Assembly (NCBI GenBank): GCA_036521195.1
Contig: DATDID010000039.1
Location: 76,241 to 140,240 of the forward strand
Source of the DNA: Candidatus Dormiibacterota bacterium
GTDB lineage: Bacteria; Chloroflexota; Dormibacteria; Aeolococcales; Aeolococcaceae
DNA: 64,000 nt
Reading direction: 5' to 3'
A program made the position numbers and the translations under genes. Shown here one piece after another: positions 16,911 through 25,802 of this stretch (position 1 is the first letter of the stretch; every line of letters starts with the position of its first letter). Under the pieces are notes generated by a model, which made no database searches, was not told the DNA's origin, and saw only the letters and a program-made list of their open reading frames with translations.

Positions 16911-19238
16911 ATGAGGGATCATTCGCACGTGCAACGACGCGGAATCGCGGCCGTATTGCTGAGCCTCGGCATCCTGATCGCATCCGCGGTCAACGTGCTC
17001 GCCGATGGATCGCAGAATCTCTACCCGAGTGGCGCGAGCGGCTCGCGCGCGAACACCGAGTGGCGGACCAATTCCTACGGCGCGGGTGCAATCACCCGCC
17101 GGACGCTGCTGCACGCGTACGCGACCGCAGGGGAATTTCTGCTCGTCGGATCATCTGCGATGGGACAGGGGACAGCCGACATCCTCATCTGGAATCCGGG
17201 ACTGGTGACGGGCACTCCTGGTACGGAGACGATTCCGGGCACCGCATCGTTCTCCTGTGCCGCGCAGCGACTGTCGTCCGGCATCGCGGCGCAGGGCGAG
17301 ATCACACGTCGCGCCGCGGAGCTGGCCGGCCCTGACACCGTTCCTGGCGGCGGTGTCACCAACGGCTACACGCCGTGCGTGTACGTCGCGCCGTCGACAG
17401 GCATTTACAGCATTGTCGTCGTCGGGCCCGCGGGCCGGGCCGCAAACGCCGACGGTGGCGTCGGCGCCGACGTGGCGCTCACCGCGGCAACCGATTTCAG
17501 CGCCGCGCAGGGATCCTCGATCGCAGCGTGGGATGTCACCGTCCGCGATTCGCTGACGGACCCGTCGACCACACGCACCGGGCGCGTCTTCAGCTACGTC
17601 CTCTCGTTGTTCACCGGTAACAACGGGCTGCCGGTCGACTCGACGATGTATGCCGTCACGACCGATGGGTTCCGCTACCGGATCGACCAGCGCGGCATGG
17701 ATCCCGACGGATGGGTCGAGTACGGGAGCCAGCTCGGATTTCTCGATCCCAACGGGACGACTCCGCTGTATCACGACGCGGTCGCCGACAGCCTGGGGAG
17801 CCCGGGTCAGCTCACCAACGTCGATGGCGGCGTGATCTTCGCGCCGCCATCGTTCCCGATCTTCTTCACGCCGCCATCGAATGCCGCGTTGACCGCGCTC
17901 GGCATTCCGCTCGTGCCGATCGCGTCCGTGGTGAGCAACATCGATTTCGCCGGAACCGTCGTCGGCAGCACGAGCTTCCAGGGGAGCGGCGGAACGTTCA
18001 CGTACACGTCGAACGTCGCGGGCGTCTATCAGATCGTCATCAGCCTCGACGGGGTCGACTTCGACCCGACGAATCCCAACAACCGAGTCCTCAGTGGCCT
18101 GAAGGCCGCAGGCACGCAGACCGTCGCCTGGGACGGAAAGGACAACGCCGGCAACTTCTTCCCTGCAGGCGGTCCGTATCCGTTCAAGATCGACGTGCAC
18201 GCGGGGGAGTATCACTTCCCGTTCATCGACGATGAGAACGACACCCAGGGCGGTCCCACGATCACGATGCTCAACCCGCCGGGCGGTGTGTGCCCGCCGT
18301 TTACGGGCGGCTGCAGCGGCGGCTTCTACGATGATCGCGGCTACACGACGACCACCGGCGTCACCGTCGGCACGCCGGGAACGGTGCTGTGCGGCCTCAA
18401 TCCGCCGGCGATCCCGTTCAGCAACCCAATCACCGGCTTCAACACCTCGGGGACGCAGCGCGCGTTCGGCGCCGATCCGGGACTCAACACCAACGCACCG
18501 TGCACGGGCAGCTTCGGCGACGCCAAAGGCCTCGACCTGTGGACCTACTACCCGAGCGAGCAGCTGACGAGCACGTTGAATATCGTGCCGCCCGGCACGT
18601 ACGCGGACATCGCTGTCAACAAGACCGTCAGCAACACCAAGCAGATCATCGGTGACGATGTGACGTACACCATCGCCGTCCACAACAACGGGCCCGACGA
18701 CGCGACAGGCGTCGCGATCACCGACGTTCTGCCGAACGGTCTCGTCTATGTCAGTTCGGCTGCGACCGTCGGGACATATGACGCAGCCGGCGGCCTCTGG
18801 ACGATCGGCGCGCTGGCTGACGGGGCGACAGCGACGTTGCACATCACTGTCCGTACGGAGGCGCTCGGCGCCATCGTCAACACCGCCACGAAATCAGCCG
18901 AGACTCAGACGGATCCCAATCCCAGCAACGACACCTCGTCAGCACGGGTGCTTGTGTCGCCGGTGCCGCCGCCCCCGGTCCCGAACACAGGCGCTGCACC
19001 GGCGAGCCTCACCACCATCTTCGGCGGCGCGCTGGCGATGCTCGGCGCGCTGCTGTGCGTGATGGCCTTCGTGCTCCGGAGGCAGGCTCTCACCATGAGT
19101 CCACGTATCGCCGTCGCCGCTCTCCGCGCGACGCTGCATTGGTCGCGCCGTCAGGACGCAGGATCACCGCTGCTACCAGCGCGCGCGTCTCCGCCGGGTC
19201 GATCACGTCATCGATCTCGAAGTACGCGGCGGTGTTGA
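16911..19238 (+). CDS. Large secreted surface protein with DUF11 repeat domain and C-terminal sortase-type sorting signal
   Basis: Signal peptide GIAAVLLSLGILIASAVNVLA. DUF11-like segment DIAVNKTVSN...DDVTYTIAVHNNGPDDATGVAITDVLPNGLVYVS...ATLHITV. Then VPNTG, a hydrophobic helix and RRQ. The ORF continues about 50 aa past the charged tail. Confidence 0.75.
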   Translation: MRDHSHVQRRGIAAVLLSLGILIASAVNVLADGSQNLYPSGASGSRANTEWRTNSYGAGAITRRTLLHAYATAGEFLLVGSSAMGQGTADILIWNPGLVTGTPGTETIPGTASFSCAAQRLSSGIAAQGEITRRAAELAGPDTVPGGGVTNGYTPCVYVAPSTGIYSIVVVGPAGRAANADGGVGADVALTAATDFSAAQGSSIAAWDVTVRDSLTDPSTTRTGRVFSYVLSLFTGNNGLPVDSTMYAVTTDGFRYRIDQRGMDPDGWVEYGSQLGFLDPNGTTPLYHDAVADSLGSPGQLTNVDGGVIFAPPSFPIFFTPPSNAALTALGIPLVPIASVVSNIDFAGTVVGSTSFQGSGGTFTYTSNVAGVYQIVISLDGVDFDPTNPNNRVLSGLKAAGTQTVAWDGKDNAGNFFPAGGPYPFKIDVHAGEYHFPFIDDENDTQGGPTITMLNPPGGVCPPFTGGCSGGFYDDRGYTTTTGVTVGTPGTVLCGLNPPAIPFSNPITGFNTSGTQRAFGADPGLNTNAPCTGSFGDAKGLDLWTYYPSEQLTSTLNIVPPGTYADIAVNKTVSNTKQIIGDDVTYTIAVHNNGPDDATGVAITDVLPNGLVYVSSAATVGTYDAAGGLWTIGALADGATATLHITVRTEALGAIVNTATKSAETQTDPNPSNDTSSARVLVSPVPPPPVPNTGAAPASLTTIFGGALAMLGALLCVMAFVLRRQALTMSPRIAVAALRATLHWSRRQDAGSPLLPARASPPGRSRHRSRSTRRC

Positions 19239-20673
19239 GCGCCGCTCCTCTCGCGTACGAATCCGCAACCATTGCCTCGTATTTCGCCTGGCGTTCGTTC
19301 CCGTCGGCGATCGCGTCCAGCTCCTTGCGGTAGGCGAGCTTCACGGCTCCCTCGAGGCCCATACCGCCGAACTCGCCGGTCGGCCACGCGACGGTCATCA
19401 GCGGTGCGCGAAAGCTTCCACCCGCCATCGCCTGCGCGCCGAGCCCGTAGCCCTTGCGCAGCACGACGGTCATGAACGGAACGGTGAGCGCGGCGCCGGC
19501 GAGGAATAACCGGCTCGCGTGACGCACGAGCGCGGTGCGCTCTGCGTCGGGCCCGACCATGATGCCCGGGGTGTCACAGAGGAACAGGACAGGCAGCGAG
19601 AAGGCCTCGCAGAGCTGCAGAAAGCGCGCCGCTTTGTCGGCGCAGTCGCTCGTGATCGCACCGGCCAGGTGCATCGGATTGTTGGCGACGATGCCCACCG
19701 GATGCCCCCCGATGCGCGCGAGCGCCGTGACCATCCCGCGCGCGAAACCCGCGCGCAGCTCGAGCACCGAGCCGGCGTCTGCGATCAGGTCGACGGCGCG
19801 GTGGACGTCGTATGCGCGCCGCCGGTTCTCGGGGACGACGTCGCGCAGCAGCAGTTGATCCGGCGGTTCCCACGTGTCGACCGATCCCTGGAAGAACGCG
19901 ATCGCCTGACGAGCCAGACGAACCGCATCGGCCTCGTCACTCGCGGCGATATCGACGACACCGTTGCGCACCTGCATGTCGAACGGTCCCACGTCATCAG
20001 CGTCGACAACGCCGAGACCGCCGCCCTCGATCATCGCGGGACCGCCCATCCCGATGCTGGCTTCGGGTGTCGCGATGACGAGGTCGCTGCAGCCGAGCAG
20101 GAGCGCGTTGCCCGCGAAGCACCGGCCGGACGCGATGCCGACGCGCGGGACGAGCCCCGAGAGTCGCGCCCAAAGCGCGAACGCCATGACGTCGAGGCCG
20201 GCGACCATCGCGTGGTCCGTGTCTCCGGGCCGCCCTCCACCGCCTTCCGCGAAGAGCACGACCGGCAATCGCCTGCGCTCGATGACGTCCATCAGCCGGT
20301 CCTTCTTGCGATGGCCCATGACTCCCTGCGTCCCCGCAAGGACTGTGTAGTCGTACGACAGCACCGCGCAATCCGCATGCTCAGCGCCGACGAGCGCGCC
20401 GTTGATGCGGGCCGTTCCGCCGATCAACCCGTCTGCGGGCGTTCGCTTGATCAGATCGTCCACGCTCCGCCGCCCTCGTTGCGCCGCGATCGCGAGACCG
20501 CCGTACTCGACGAACGAGCCATCGTCAACGAGGTCTGCGACGTTCTCTCTCGCAGTCCGGCGCCCCGCGGCGTGACGCGCGGCGACGACTTCCGCGCGGC
20601 CGGCATCGCGGGTCAACTCGCGGCGTCGCATCGCCTCGTCGAGGTCGGGTCGTGTCGTCTCGGAATCCGGCAT
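19090..20673 (-). CDS. Acyl-CoA carboxylase carboxyltransferase (beta) subunit
   Basis: Two crotonase-like halves: FAEGGGGRPGD, GRCFAGNALLLG, PVLFLCDTPGIMVG, VVLRKGYGLG. Internal ATG 20673 is chosen (MPDSETTRPDL...). Confidence 0.85.
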   Translation of the reverse strand: MPDSETTRPDLDEAMRRRELTRDAGRAEVVAARHAAGRRTARENVADLVDDGSFVEYGGLAIAAQRGRRSVDDLIKRTPADGLIGGTARINGALVGAEHADCAVLSYDYTVLAGTQGVMGHRKKDRLMDVIERRRLPVVLFAEGGGGRPGDTDHAMVAGLDVMAFALWARLSGLVPRVGIASGRCFAGNALLLGCSDLVIATPEASIGMGGPAMIEGGGLGVVDADDVGPFDMQVRNGVVDIAASDEADAVRLARQAIAFFQGSVDTWEPPDQLLLRDVVPENRRRAYDVHRAVDLIADAGSVLELRAGFARGMVTALARIGGHPVGIVANNPMHLAGAITSDCADKAARFLQLCEAFSLPVLFLCDTPGIMVGPDAERTALVRHASRLFLAGAALTVPFMTVVLRKGYGLGAQAMAGGSFRAPLMTVAWPTGEFGGMGLEGAVKLAYRKELDAIADGNERQAKYEAMVADSYARGAALNTAAYFEIDDVIDPAETRALVAAVILRPDGATNAASRGERRRRYVDSW

Positions 20674-20899
20674 GCGAGGCGAGCTTATGCTAGGTGCCCA
20701 CGTGCCAACCCGACGCCGAACCGCCGATGCGCTCGCCGCCCACTCGCTGGCGCCGGAAACGCTCGTCGCGAAAATGCGGAGCGCGCCGCCGGAGTAGCCC
20801 GGGTCGGGAGTGGCGACACCCTTTTGACCGTCCGTACAATGCGCGCCTAGGGCAGGGCGCGACCGTTGTGTCGCTTCGGCGCAGCCGTCGCCCAGGGGG

Positions 20900-21568
20900 T
20901 TGATGATGGGCTTCCTCGACAAGATTCGCGCGGTCGGTGGCGGCGTGTCGCCCGAACTGATGAAGAACGGAACACTCGCGCGCGGCGAGATCGCGAGCGT
21001 GCAACCGACCGGCATGACCGTCAGCCACGGCAACGAAGCGCTTGGCAAACAGGTCTGCAACATCGCGCTCAACGTCTACCTGGACAACACACCGCCGTAC
21101 ACGGCAACGTGCCATCAGGGTGTGCCGATCCTCGCGCTGCAGGCGCTCATGACTCCGGGAACGGTCGTCGCCGTGCGGGTCAACCCCGCGAACCCGCAGG
21201 AAGTCGCGATCGATTTCGACACCGAGCCACCGACAGTCACGATGGCCGCCGGCGGGCCGAACCGCGGCAGTGCGGCGGAGCTGCTCGCAACCGGTACGCC
21301 CGCGCGCGCTGTGATCATCGCGAGCCAGCCGCTTGGCATGCGCAGCCCGACATCGGGCCTGGACATGTACGCCTTCACGGTCACCATCCTGTGCGACGGG
21401 CACGCGCCATACCAGACGCAGATGGGCAATCCGGTTCCACCCGGCGGCATCCCGTTGATGTACCCGGGTTCGAACCTCCCGGCGAAGGTCGTGCCCGAGC
21501 AGCAGGGTCAGGTGATCATCGACTGGGACTCGGCTATCGCGGAGGCGACGCACCCGACGCCCAGCTGA
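20900..21568 (+). CDS. Hypothetical protein with internal two-fold duplication
   Basis: MMMGFLDKIR start. Two ~95-aa repeats align by eye: EL..GT.AR..I...QP.GM...PY.T...P...LM.PG...V.P...V.ID(F/W)D. Confidence 0.6.
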   Translation: MMMGFLDKIRAVGGGVSPELMKNGTLARGEIASVQPTGMTVSHGNEALGKQVCNIALNVYLDNTPPYTATCHQGVPILALQALMTPGTVVAVRVNPANPQEVAIDFDTEPPTVTMAAGGPNRGSAAELLATGTPARAVIIASQPLGMRSPTSGLDMYAFTVTILCDGHAPYQTQMGNPVPPGGIPLMYPGSNLPAKVVPEQQGQVIIDWDSAIAEATHPTPS

Positions 21569-21573
21569 GCTGT

Positions 21574-22233
21574 TCAGCGGACGCCGAATCGACGCGACGG
21601 ACGCTCCCTTCTCGGAAGGAACGTGAAGAGCCGCACGTCCGGTTCGAACGCGCGTGGCGGCGCTTCGAGTCGAGCCGCGCCGACGCTTGAGGTGGTATCG
21701 GGGATGGCGACAAACGCCAGCTCGGTGAAGCCGTCCTCCTCGAACCAAGCGCGCACGACCGGCGTGATGTCGGGCTTGAACGTTCCGCGCGTCCATATCA
21801 CCGTTGCACCGGGCGCGCAAAGCGTGGGCAGGTGATCCACCGTCCACTCGATGTCCTCGTCGGTCACGTTTCCGAACACGCCGCACACGAGCACGATGTC
21901 GGCAGGAACGAAACCCGCGTACGCGCTCGTCGTGGAGGCATCCCCGTTGACGACTTCGATGTACGGCGAGATGCCCGCTGCGCGTTCACGTGCGTGCGCG
22001 GCGAGCTCTGGATCGAGCTCGACGAGACGCGCGAGGACGTCGCCGCGGCGCGGATGATCCTCGAGGACGCCGAGCAGGTCGCGTCCGTCGCCGGCGCACA
22101 TGCTGATGACGCGAATCACGCCTGGCGCGCAGCCGTCCAGGGAGGTCCGTATGAGTTCCCGCACGACGGCGAGCCGCTTCGCCAGGGGCGAGCCCGGCCG
22201 GTAGCCCTTGTGCCAGTCCACCCATTCGCTCAT
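21574..22233 (-). CDS. Class I SAM-dependent methyltransferase
   Basis: Motif I-like VISMCAGDGRDLLGVL, then acidic LVELDP and VNGDAS motifs. Confidence 0.7.
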   Translation of the reverse strand: MSEWVDWHKGYRPGSPLAKRLAVVRELIRTSLDGCAPGVIRVISMCAGDGRDLLGVLEDHPRRGDVLARLVELDPELAAHARERAAGISPYIEVVNGDASTTSAYAGFVPADIVLVCGVFGNVTDEDIEWTVDHLPTLCAPGATVIWTRGTFKPDITPVVRAWFEEDGFTELAFVAIPDTTSSVGAARLEAPPRAFEPDVRLFTFLPRRERPSRRFGVR

Positions 22234-22435
22234 CCACTGAGCCTACAAAATGACACCCGGCTGGGCTAGGGTCACCGCACCCGCGTACGACCCGAGCATT
22301 CGCGGCGACCCGGCGACAGCGAAAGTCGTGGCGATGATCCACAGCCTGGCAAGCGACTCGGATCAGCTCCCGGAGTGGACGTGGGGCGGGTCAAACCCGC
22401 GCCGAGCTGCAGGCGGCCTCGACCAGCTGAGGGCT

Positions 22436-22555
22436 CTACTCGCGCGTGGCTTTGGAGTGGCGACGCGCGACCCGGGTCAGCGCAACGACCCCGGCGATGA
22501 TCGCGACGGCCATGGCACCGAAAACCACGAGGTTCAGCCAGAGCACGGAGACCAT
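22436..22555 (-). CDS. Possible 39-aa single-TM peptide (below ORF-track cutoff)
   Basis: My own translation: MVSVLWLNLVVFGAMAVAIIAGVVALTRVARRHSKATRE. It has no clear RBS and lies just downstream of the tRNA on the same strand. Confidence 0.2.
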   Translation of the reverse strand: MVSVLWLNLVVFGAMAVAIIAGVVALTRVARRHSKATRE

Positions 22556-22598
22556 GCCGTCGATCTTACGTCGCCGCGAGTCGGCTCACACAAAAAAG

Positions 22599-22674
22599 TG
22601 GTGCCCGCTCAGGGACTCGAACCCTGGACCAAGGGATTAAGAGTCCCCTGCTCTACCAACTGAGCTAAACGGGC
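22599..22674 (-). tRNA. tRNA-Lys (anticodon CTT), CCA encoded
   Basis: Reverse complement is GCCCGTTTAGCTCAGTTGGTAGAGCAGGGGACTCTTAATCCCTTGGTCCAGGGTTCGAGTCCCTGAGCGGGCACCA. It folds as a cloverleaf with 7-bp acceptor stem, GTTCGAGTC T-loop and anticodon loop CTCTTAA. It is followed by CTTTTTTG. Confidence 0.95.
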
Positions 22675-22685
22675 GTGGCCCGATT

Positions 22686-23474
22686 CTACCCGCGGGTCGG
22701 ACCGACCCCGGAGCCGACCCGCCCTGCGCGCCGTTCGCCTCCGAGCCAGATCATCGACCGGTACTGCTGGGCGAGTCGCATCCGGATCGGCGGCCCTGCA
22801 GGGGAGAACGCCCCGGACCGCGGGGATGTCGTCCGCTCCTCGATCGCCCGCCGGAGGTCGGCGGCGGTCTTCCCCGGGAATACCGTCAGCACCCGGCCGA
22901 GGTCGTGCTTGCCGAAGTGGCTGTCCCCGGCCCCGAGCGACGCACCGAGCTGCTCCCGGTGATCGGCGTAGAAGGCGTCGAGTTGCTTCCAGGTTCCCGG
23001 GAGCACAGGCGCGGTGTGCCGAAGCTCTATGCCGTCGACGCGATGCGACTCCAGCAGCTGACGCGCTTTCCCCGGAGTCATCGACGCAAACCAGGTCGGC
23101 ATAAAGGGGTGGGCGATCACCGCGACGCCGCCGGCGTCGTGGATCGCGTCGACCGTGTCCTCCACCGACATGTGCATCCGCACCTGGTGATCGAGGAACA
23201 GCCCGATGATGTGGATCCCGGGTGGGAACGAGGCGGTCACCTCTTCGCCGCGCACGACGTCGACCCCGAGCGATGCGCCGAGCTCGATCGCGTGGCCGAT
23301 CTCGGCCATCGTGTCGTGATCGGTGATGCAGAGGACGTTGAGCCCGATGGCCGCGGCAGCGCGAACGAGCTCTTCCGCGCTCACCATCCCGTCGCTCGCC
23401 AGCGTGTGTGCGTGCACCTCGGCGAGCCCGAGCCCGTCGGCGGCACGCGTGCTCGTACCGGTCGTCTGACTCAT
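22686..23474 (-). CDS. PHP-domain metal-dependent phosphoesterase
   Basis: AEVHAHTLASDG...LCITDHDT...IAHPF...AGDSHF are His/Asp PHP motifs. Internal ATG 23474 is chosen; the upstream part of the 613-aa track ORF is antisense to the RR gene. Confidence 0.8.
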   Translation of the reverse strand: MSQTTGTSTRAADGLGLAEVHAHTLASDGMVSAEELVRAAAAIGLNVLCITDHDTMAEIGHAIELGASLGVDVVRGEEVTASFPPGIHIIGLFLDHQVRMHMSVEDTVDAIHDAGGVAVIAHPFMPTWFASMTPGKARQLLESHRVDGIELRHTAPVLPGTWKQLDAFYADHREQLGASLGAGDSHFGKHDLGRVLTVFPGKTAADLRRAIEERTTSPRSGAFSPAGPPIRMRLAQQYRSMIWLGGERRAGRVGSGVGPTRG

Positions 23475-23560
23475 CGATGCCAGTGTAATCCCCCGCTGAG
23501 AGAGCGCTGAGAAGCGTTCAACGAGATCGTATCGAGGCAAAGACGGTGGCAGGGCAACCA

Positions 23561-23573
23561 TATACTCGAGGCA
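23561..23573 (+). promoter_or_regulatory. Candidate -10 box TATACT placed 7 nt before the RR start codon (leaderless geometry)
   Basis: TATACT at 23561-23566, spacer cgaggca, ATG at 23574. No Shine-Dalgarno in between. Confidence 0.3.
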
Positions 23574-24278
23574 ATGAGTGACCCGACGCGCATTCTCGTC
23601 GTCGATGACGAGCAGAGCATCACCGACTTCATCGCGCTCGGATTGCGTCATGAGGGCTTCGATGTGCGGACCGCTCCCGACGGGCATGTCGCGCTCCGCG
23701 TCGTCGACGAGTTCAAGCCACACCTCGTCGTGCTCGACCTGATGATGCCGCGCGTGAACGGATGGGACCTCTGCCGTGCATTGTCCGGTGATCGATCGCG
23801 AGGCATCATCATCCTCAGCGCCCGAGACGAGACGAGCGACCGCGTCCAAGGCCTCGAGCTCGGCGCCGACGACTACCTGGTCAAGCCCTTCGATTTCGCG
23901 GAGTTGCTTGCGCGCATTCGCGCGGTGTTGCGGCGCCGCAACCCCGATCTCACGCGCGTCGTGAACGCCGGTGACCTCAGCATCGACACCGCGACGCGCG
24001 AGGTTCGCACCGGTGACCGGCTCATCGAGCTGTCGGTTCGTGAGTACGACCTGTTGCTCTACCTCGCGAGTCACGCGGATCAGGTCCTGCCCCGGCAGCG
24101 CATCCTCGACGAAGTGTGGGGCTACAACTTCTTCGGGGACGAGAACAACATCGAGGTCTACGTTCGCTATCTGCGCCAGAAGCTCGGCGATACCGCGCAC
24201 GAGCGCATTCAGACCGTGCGCGGTGTCGGCTACCGGCTGCGCACCGCAGGCGACGGAAGCAGCGCTGCGGCGCGCTAG
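23574..24278 (+). CDS. OmpR/PhoB-family response regulator
   Basis: ILVVDDE...LVVLDLMMP receiver domain. Winged-helix C-terminus LSVREYDLLLYLASH...IQTVRGVGYRL. Confidence 0.9.
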   Translation: MSDPTRILVVDDEQSITDFIALGLRHEGFDVRTAPDGHVALRVVDEFKPHLVVLDLMMPRVNGWDLCRALSGDRSRGIIILSARDETSDRVQGLELGADDYLVKPFDFAELLARIRAVLRRRNPDLTRVVNAGDLSIDTATREVRTGDRLIELSVREYDLLLYLASHADQVLPRQRILDEVWGYNFFGDENNIEVYVRYLRQKLGDTAHERIQTVRGVGYRLRTAGDGSSAAAR

Positions 24279-24281
24279 CAC

Positions 24282-25802
24282 GTGCGTCGCGTCACCCACG
24301 CGCTGGCATCGCTGCGCTGGCGCCTGACCCTCACGTTCGTCGGGCTGCTCGCGCTCCTGCTCGTGCTGCTCGCCGGCTATCAGTGGTTCACGCTGCGCGC
24401 GAGCCTGATCACCAACAAGGTCGCGGAGATGCAGAGCGACTACAACTCGGCCAAGCGTCTCATCGCCTCCAGGGAGACGGCCCTCGGCGCGACCACGACA
24501 GTGACCAGGCGACTGTGCGTGACGCATCCGCTGCTGGTGGGGACTGCCGTTGCGAGTGCCGTCTCGACGGTCACCGGTCAGACCGCGCAGGTCATCGTGT
24601 ACGACAGTAGCCTCACGCAGGAAGCCGTTGCACCGACGGGCGCAACGCCGCCTCAGCTCTCGACGGCCGCGCTGCAGAGTGTTGTGGACAGAGGCACGCG
24701 TTCGTCAGCCGAAGAGATCATCACGTCGAGCGGCAGCCAGCTCGTCGTCGGATTTCCGGTGGTCGCCGGCACGGGCGTCTGCGGGGTGGTGCAGCTCTCG
24801 GTCGCGATGACGCCGATCACGAGCGTCCTCCACGATGAGCTCTTCCTCATCACAGTCGGTGGCCTTGTGCTGCTCCTGTTCGCGCTCATCGTCGGCGTGC
24901 TCCTCACCGGCAGAACGTTGCGACCGATGCGGCGCCTCACCGCAACCGCGGAGCAGCTTGCCGCGGGAGACCTGTCGGCGCGAAGCCGGTTGTCGCCGAG
25001 CTCCGACGAAGTCGGTCAGCTCGCGAGCAGCTTCGACCACATGGCGGACCGCATCCAGGAAGCCTTTGCGGCGCAACAGGAATCCGAAGCGCAGGTGCGC
25101 CGCTTCATCGACGATGCATCGCACGAGCTGCGCACACCGGTGACCGCGCTCAAGGGCTACATCGACGTCCTGCGCAGAGGCGCGGGGCGTGAGCCTGCGG
25201 CACTCGACGCGGCACTCGAGGCGATGAGCAACGAGTCGGAACGGATGCGGATCCTCGTCCTCGACCTGCTCACGCTCGCTCGACTCGATGCGCGTCGGGG
25301 GACACACCCGGAGGACTTCGACCTCAACGGCGCGGTGGACGGACTCCTCAACGAAGGCGTTCCCGGCATGCCCGCGACGGTGCAACGCAGCTACGGCGTG
25401 GCGCCGCTGCTGGTGCATGCGGATCGCAACGCGGTGAACACGATCATGCGCAACCTGCTCGTCAACGCAACGAAGTACGCGCACGGTGCCGCGCAGCGAT
25501 GGGCGACCGCGGTCTCCGGCGGATGGGCCACGCTCGAGGTGCAGGATGACGGCCCAGGCATCCCGGCGAGCGACCTCGCGCACGTGTTCGAGCGCTTCTA
25601 CCGCGGCGAGAAGACGCGCGCACGAGAGGAAGGTGGCAGTGGCCTCGGTCTCAGCATCGTGCAGTCGCTCGCGCGTGCCCAGGGCGGGGACGTCGCGATC
25701 CACAGCGCGGATGGCGCGGGGACCACGGTGACGGTGTGGTTGCCGCTTTCATCCGTCCCGCCGCCACCACCGCCGGGTCTTCCGGCAGCCCCTACAGGTT
25801 GA
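24282..25802 (+). CDS. Sensor histidine kinase (TM-periplasmic-TM-HAMP-HisKA-HATPase)
   Basis: DASHELRTPVTALKGY H-box, N-box NLLVNATKYA, G-boxes DDGPGI and GGSGLGLSIV. Starts 3 nt after the RR stop. Confidence 0.9.
   Translation: MRRVTHALASLRWRLTLTFVGLLALLLVLLAGYQWFTLRASLITNKVAEMQSDYNSAKRLIASRETALGATTTVTRRLCVTHPLLVGTAVASAVSTVTGQTAQVIVYDSSLTQEAVAPTGATPPQLSTAALQSVVDRGTRSSAEEIITSSGSQLVVGFPVVAGTGVCGVVQLSVAMTPITSVLHDELFLITVGGLVLLLFALIVGVLLTGRTLRPMRRLTATAEQLAAGDLSARSRLSPSSDEVGQLASSFDHMADRIQEAFAAQQESEAQVRRFIDDASHELRTPVTALKGYIDVLRRGAGREPAALDAALEAMSNESERMRILVLDLLTLARLDARRGTHPEDFDLNGAVDGLLNEGVPGMPATVQRSYGVAPLLVHADRNAVNTIMRNLLVNATKYAHGAAQRWATAVSGGWATLEVQDDGPGIPASDLAHVFERFYRGEKTRAREEGGSGLGLSIVQSLARAQGGDVAIHSADGAGTTVTVWLPLSSVPPPPPPGLPAAPTG

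Noticed and set aside
17151-18842. 563-aa - strand ORF antisense to the DUF11 surface protein gene
   Set aside because: It is Arg/Asp/Gly-rich low-complexity translation with no domain signature. The + strand frame has a signal peptide, a DUF11 motif and a sorting signal.
19090-21072. Long 660-aa form of the carboxyltransferase and the 398-aa ORF 20690..21886
   Set aside because: The N-terminal 133 aa of the long form have non-protein-like composition and run through the divergent intergenic region. Family-typical sequence begins at MPDSETT (ATG 20673). The ORF 20690..21886 is antisense to the two-repeat protein gene.
21574-22674. Genomic island integrated at the 3' end of tRNA-Lys
   Set aside because: There is no integrase, no direct repeat of the tRNA 3' end, and no compositional shift that I can see. 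The flanking genes are an ordinary methyltransferase and a PHP phosphoesterase.
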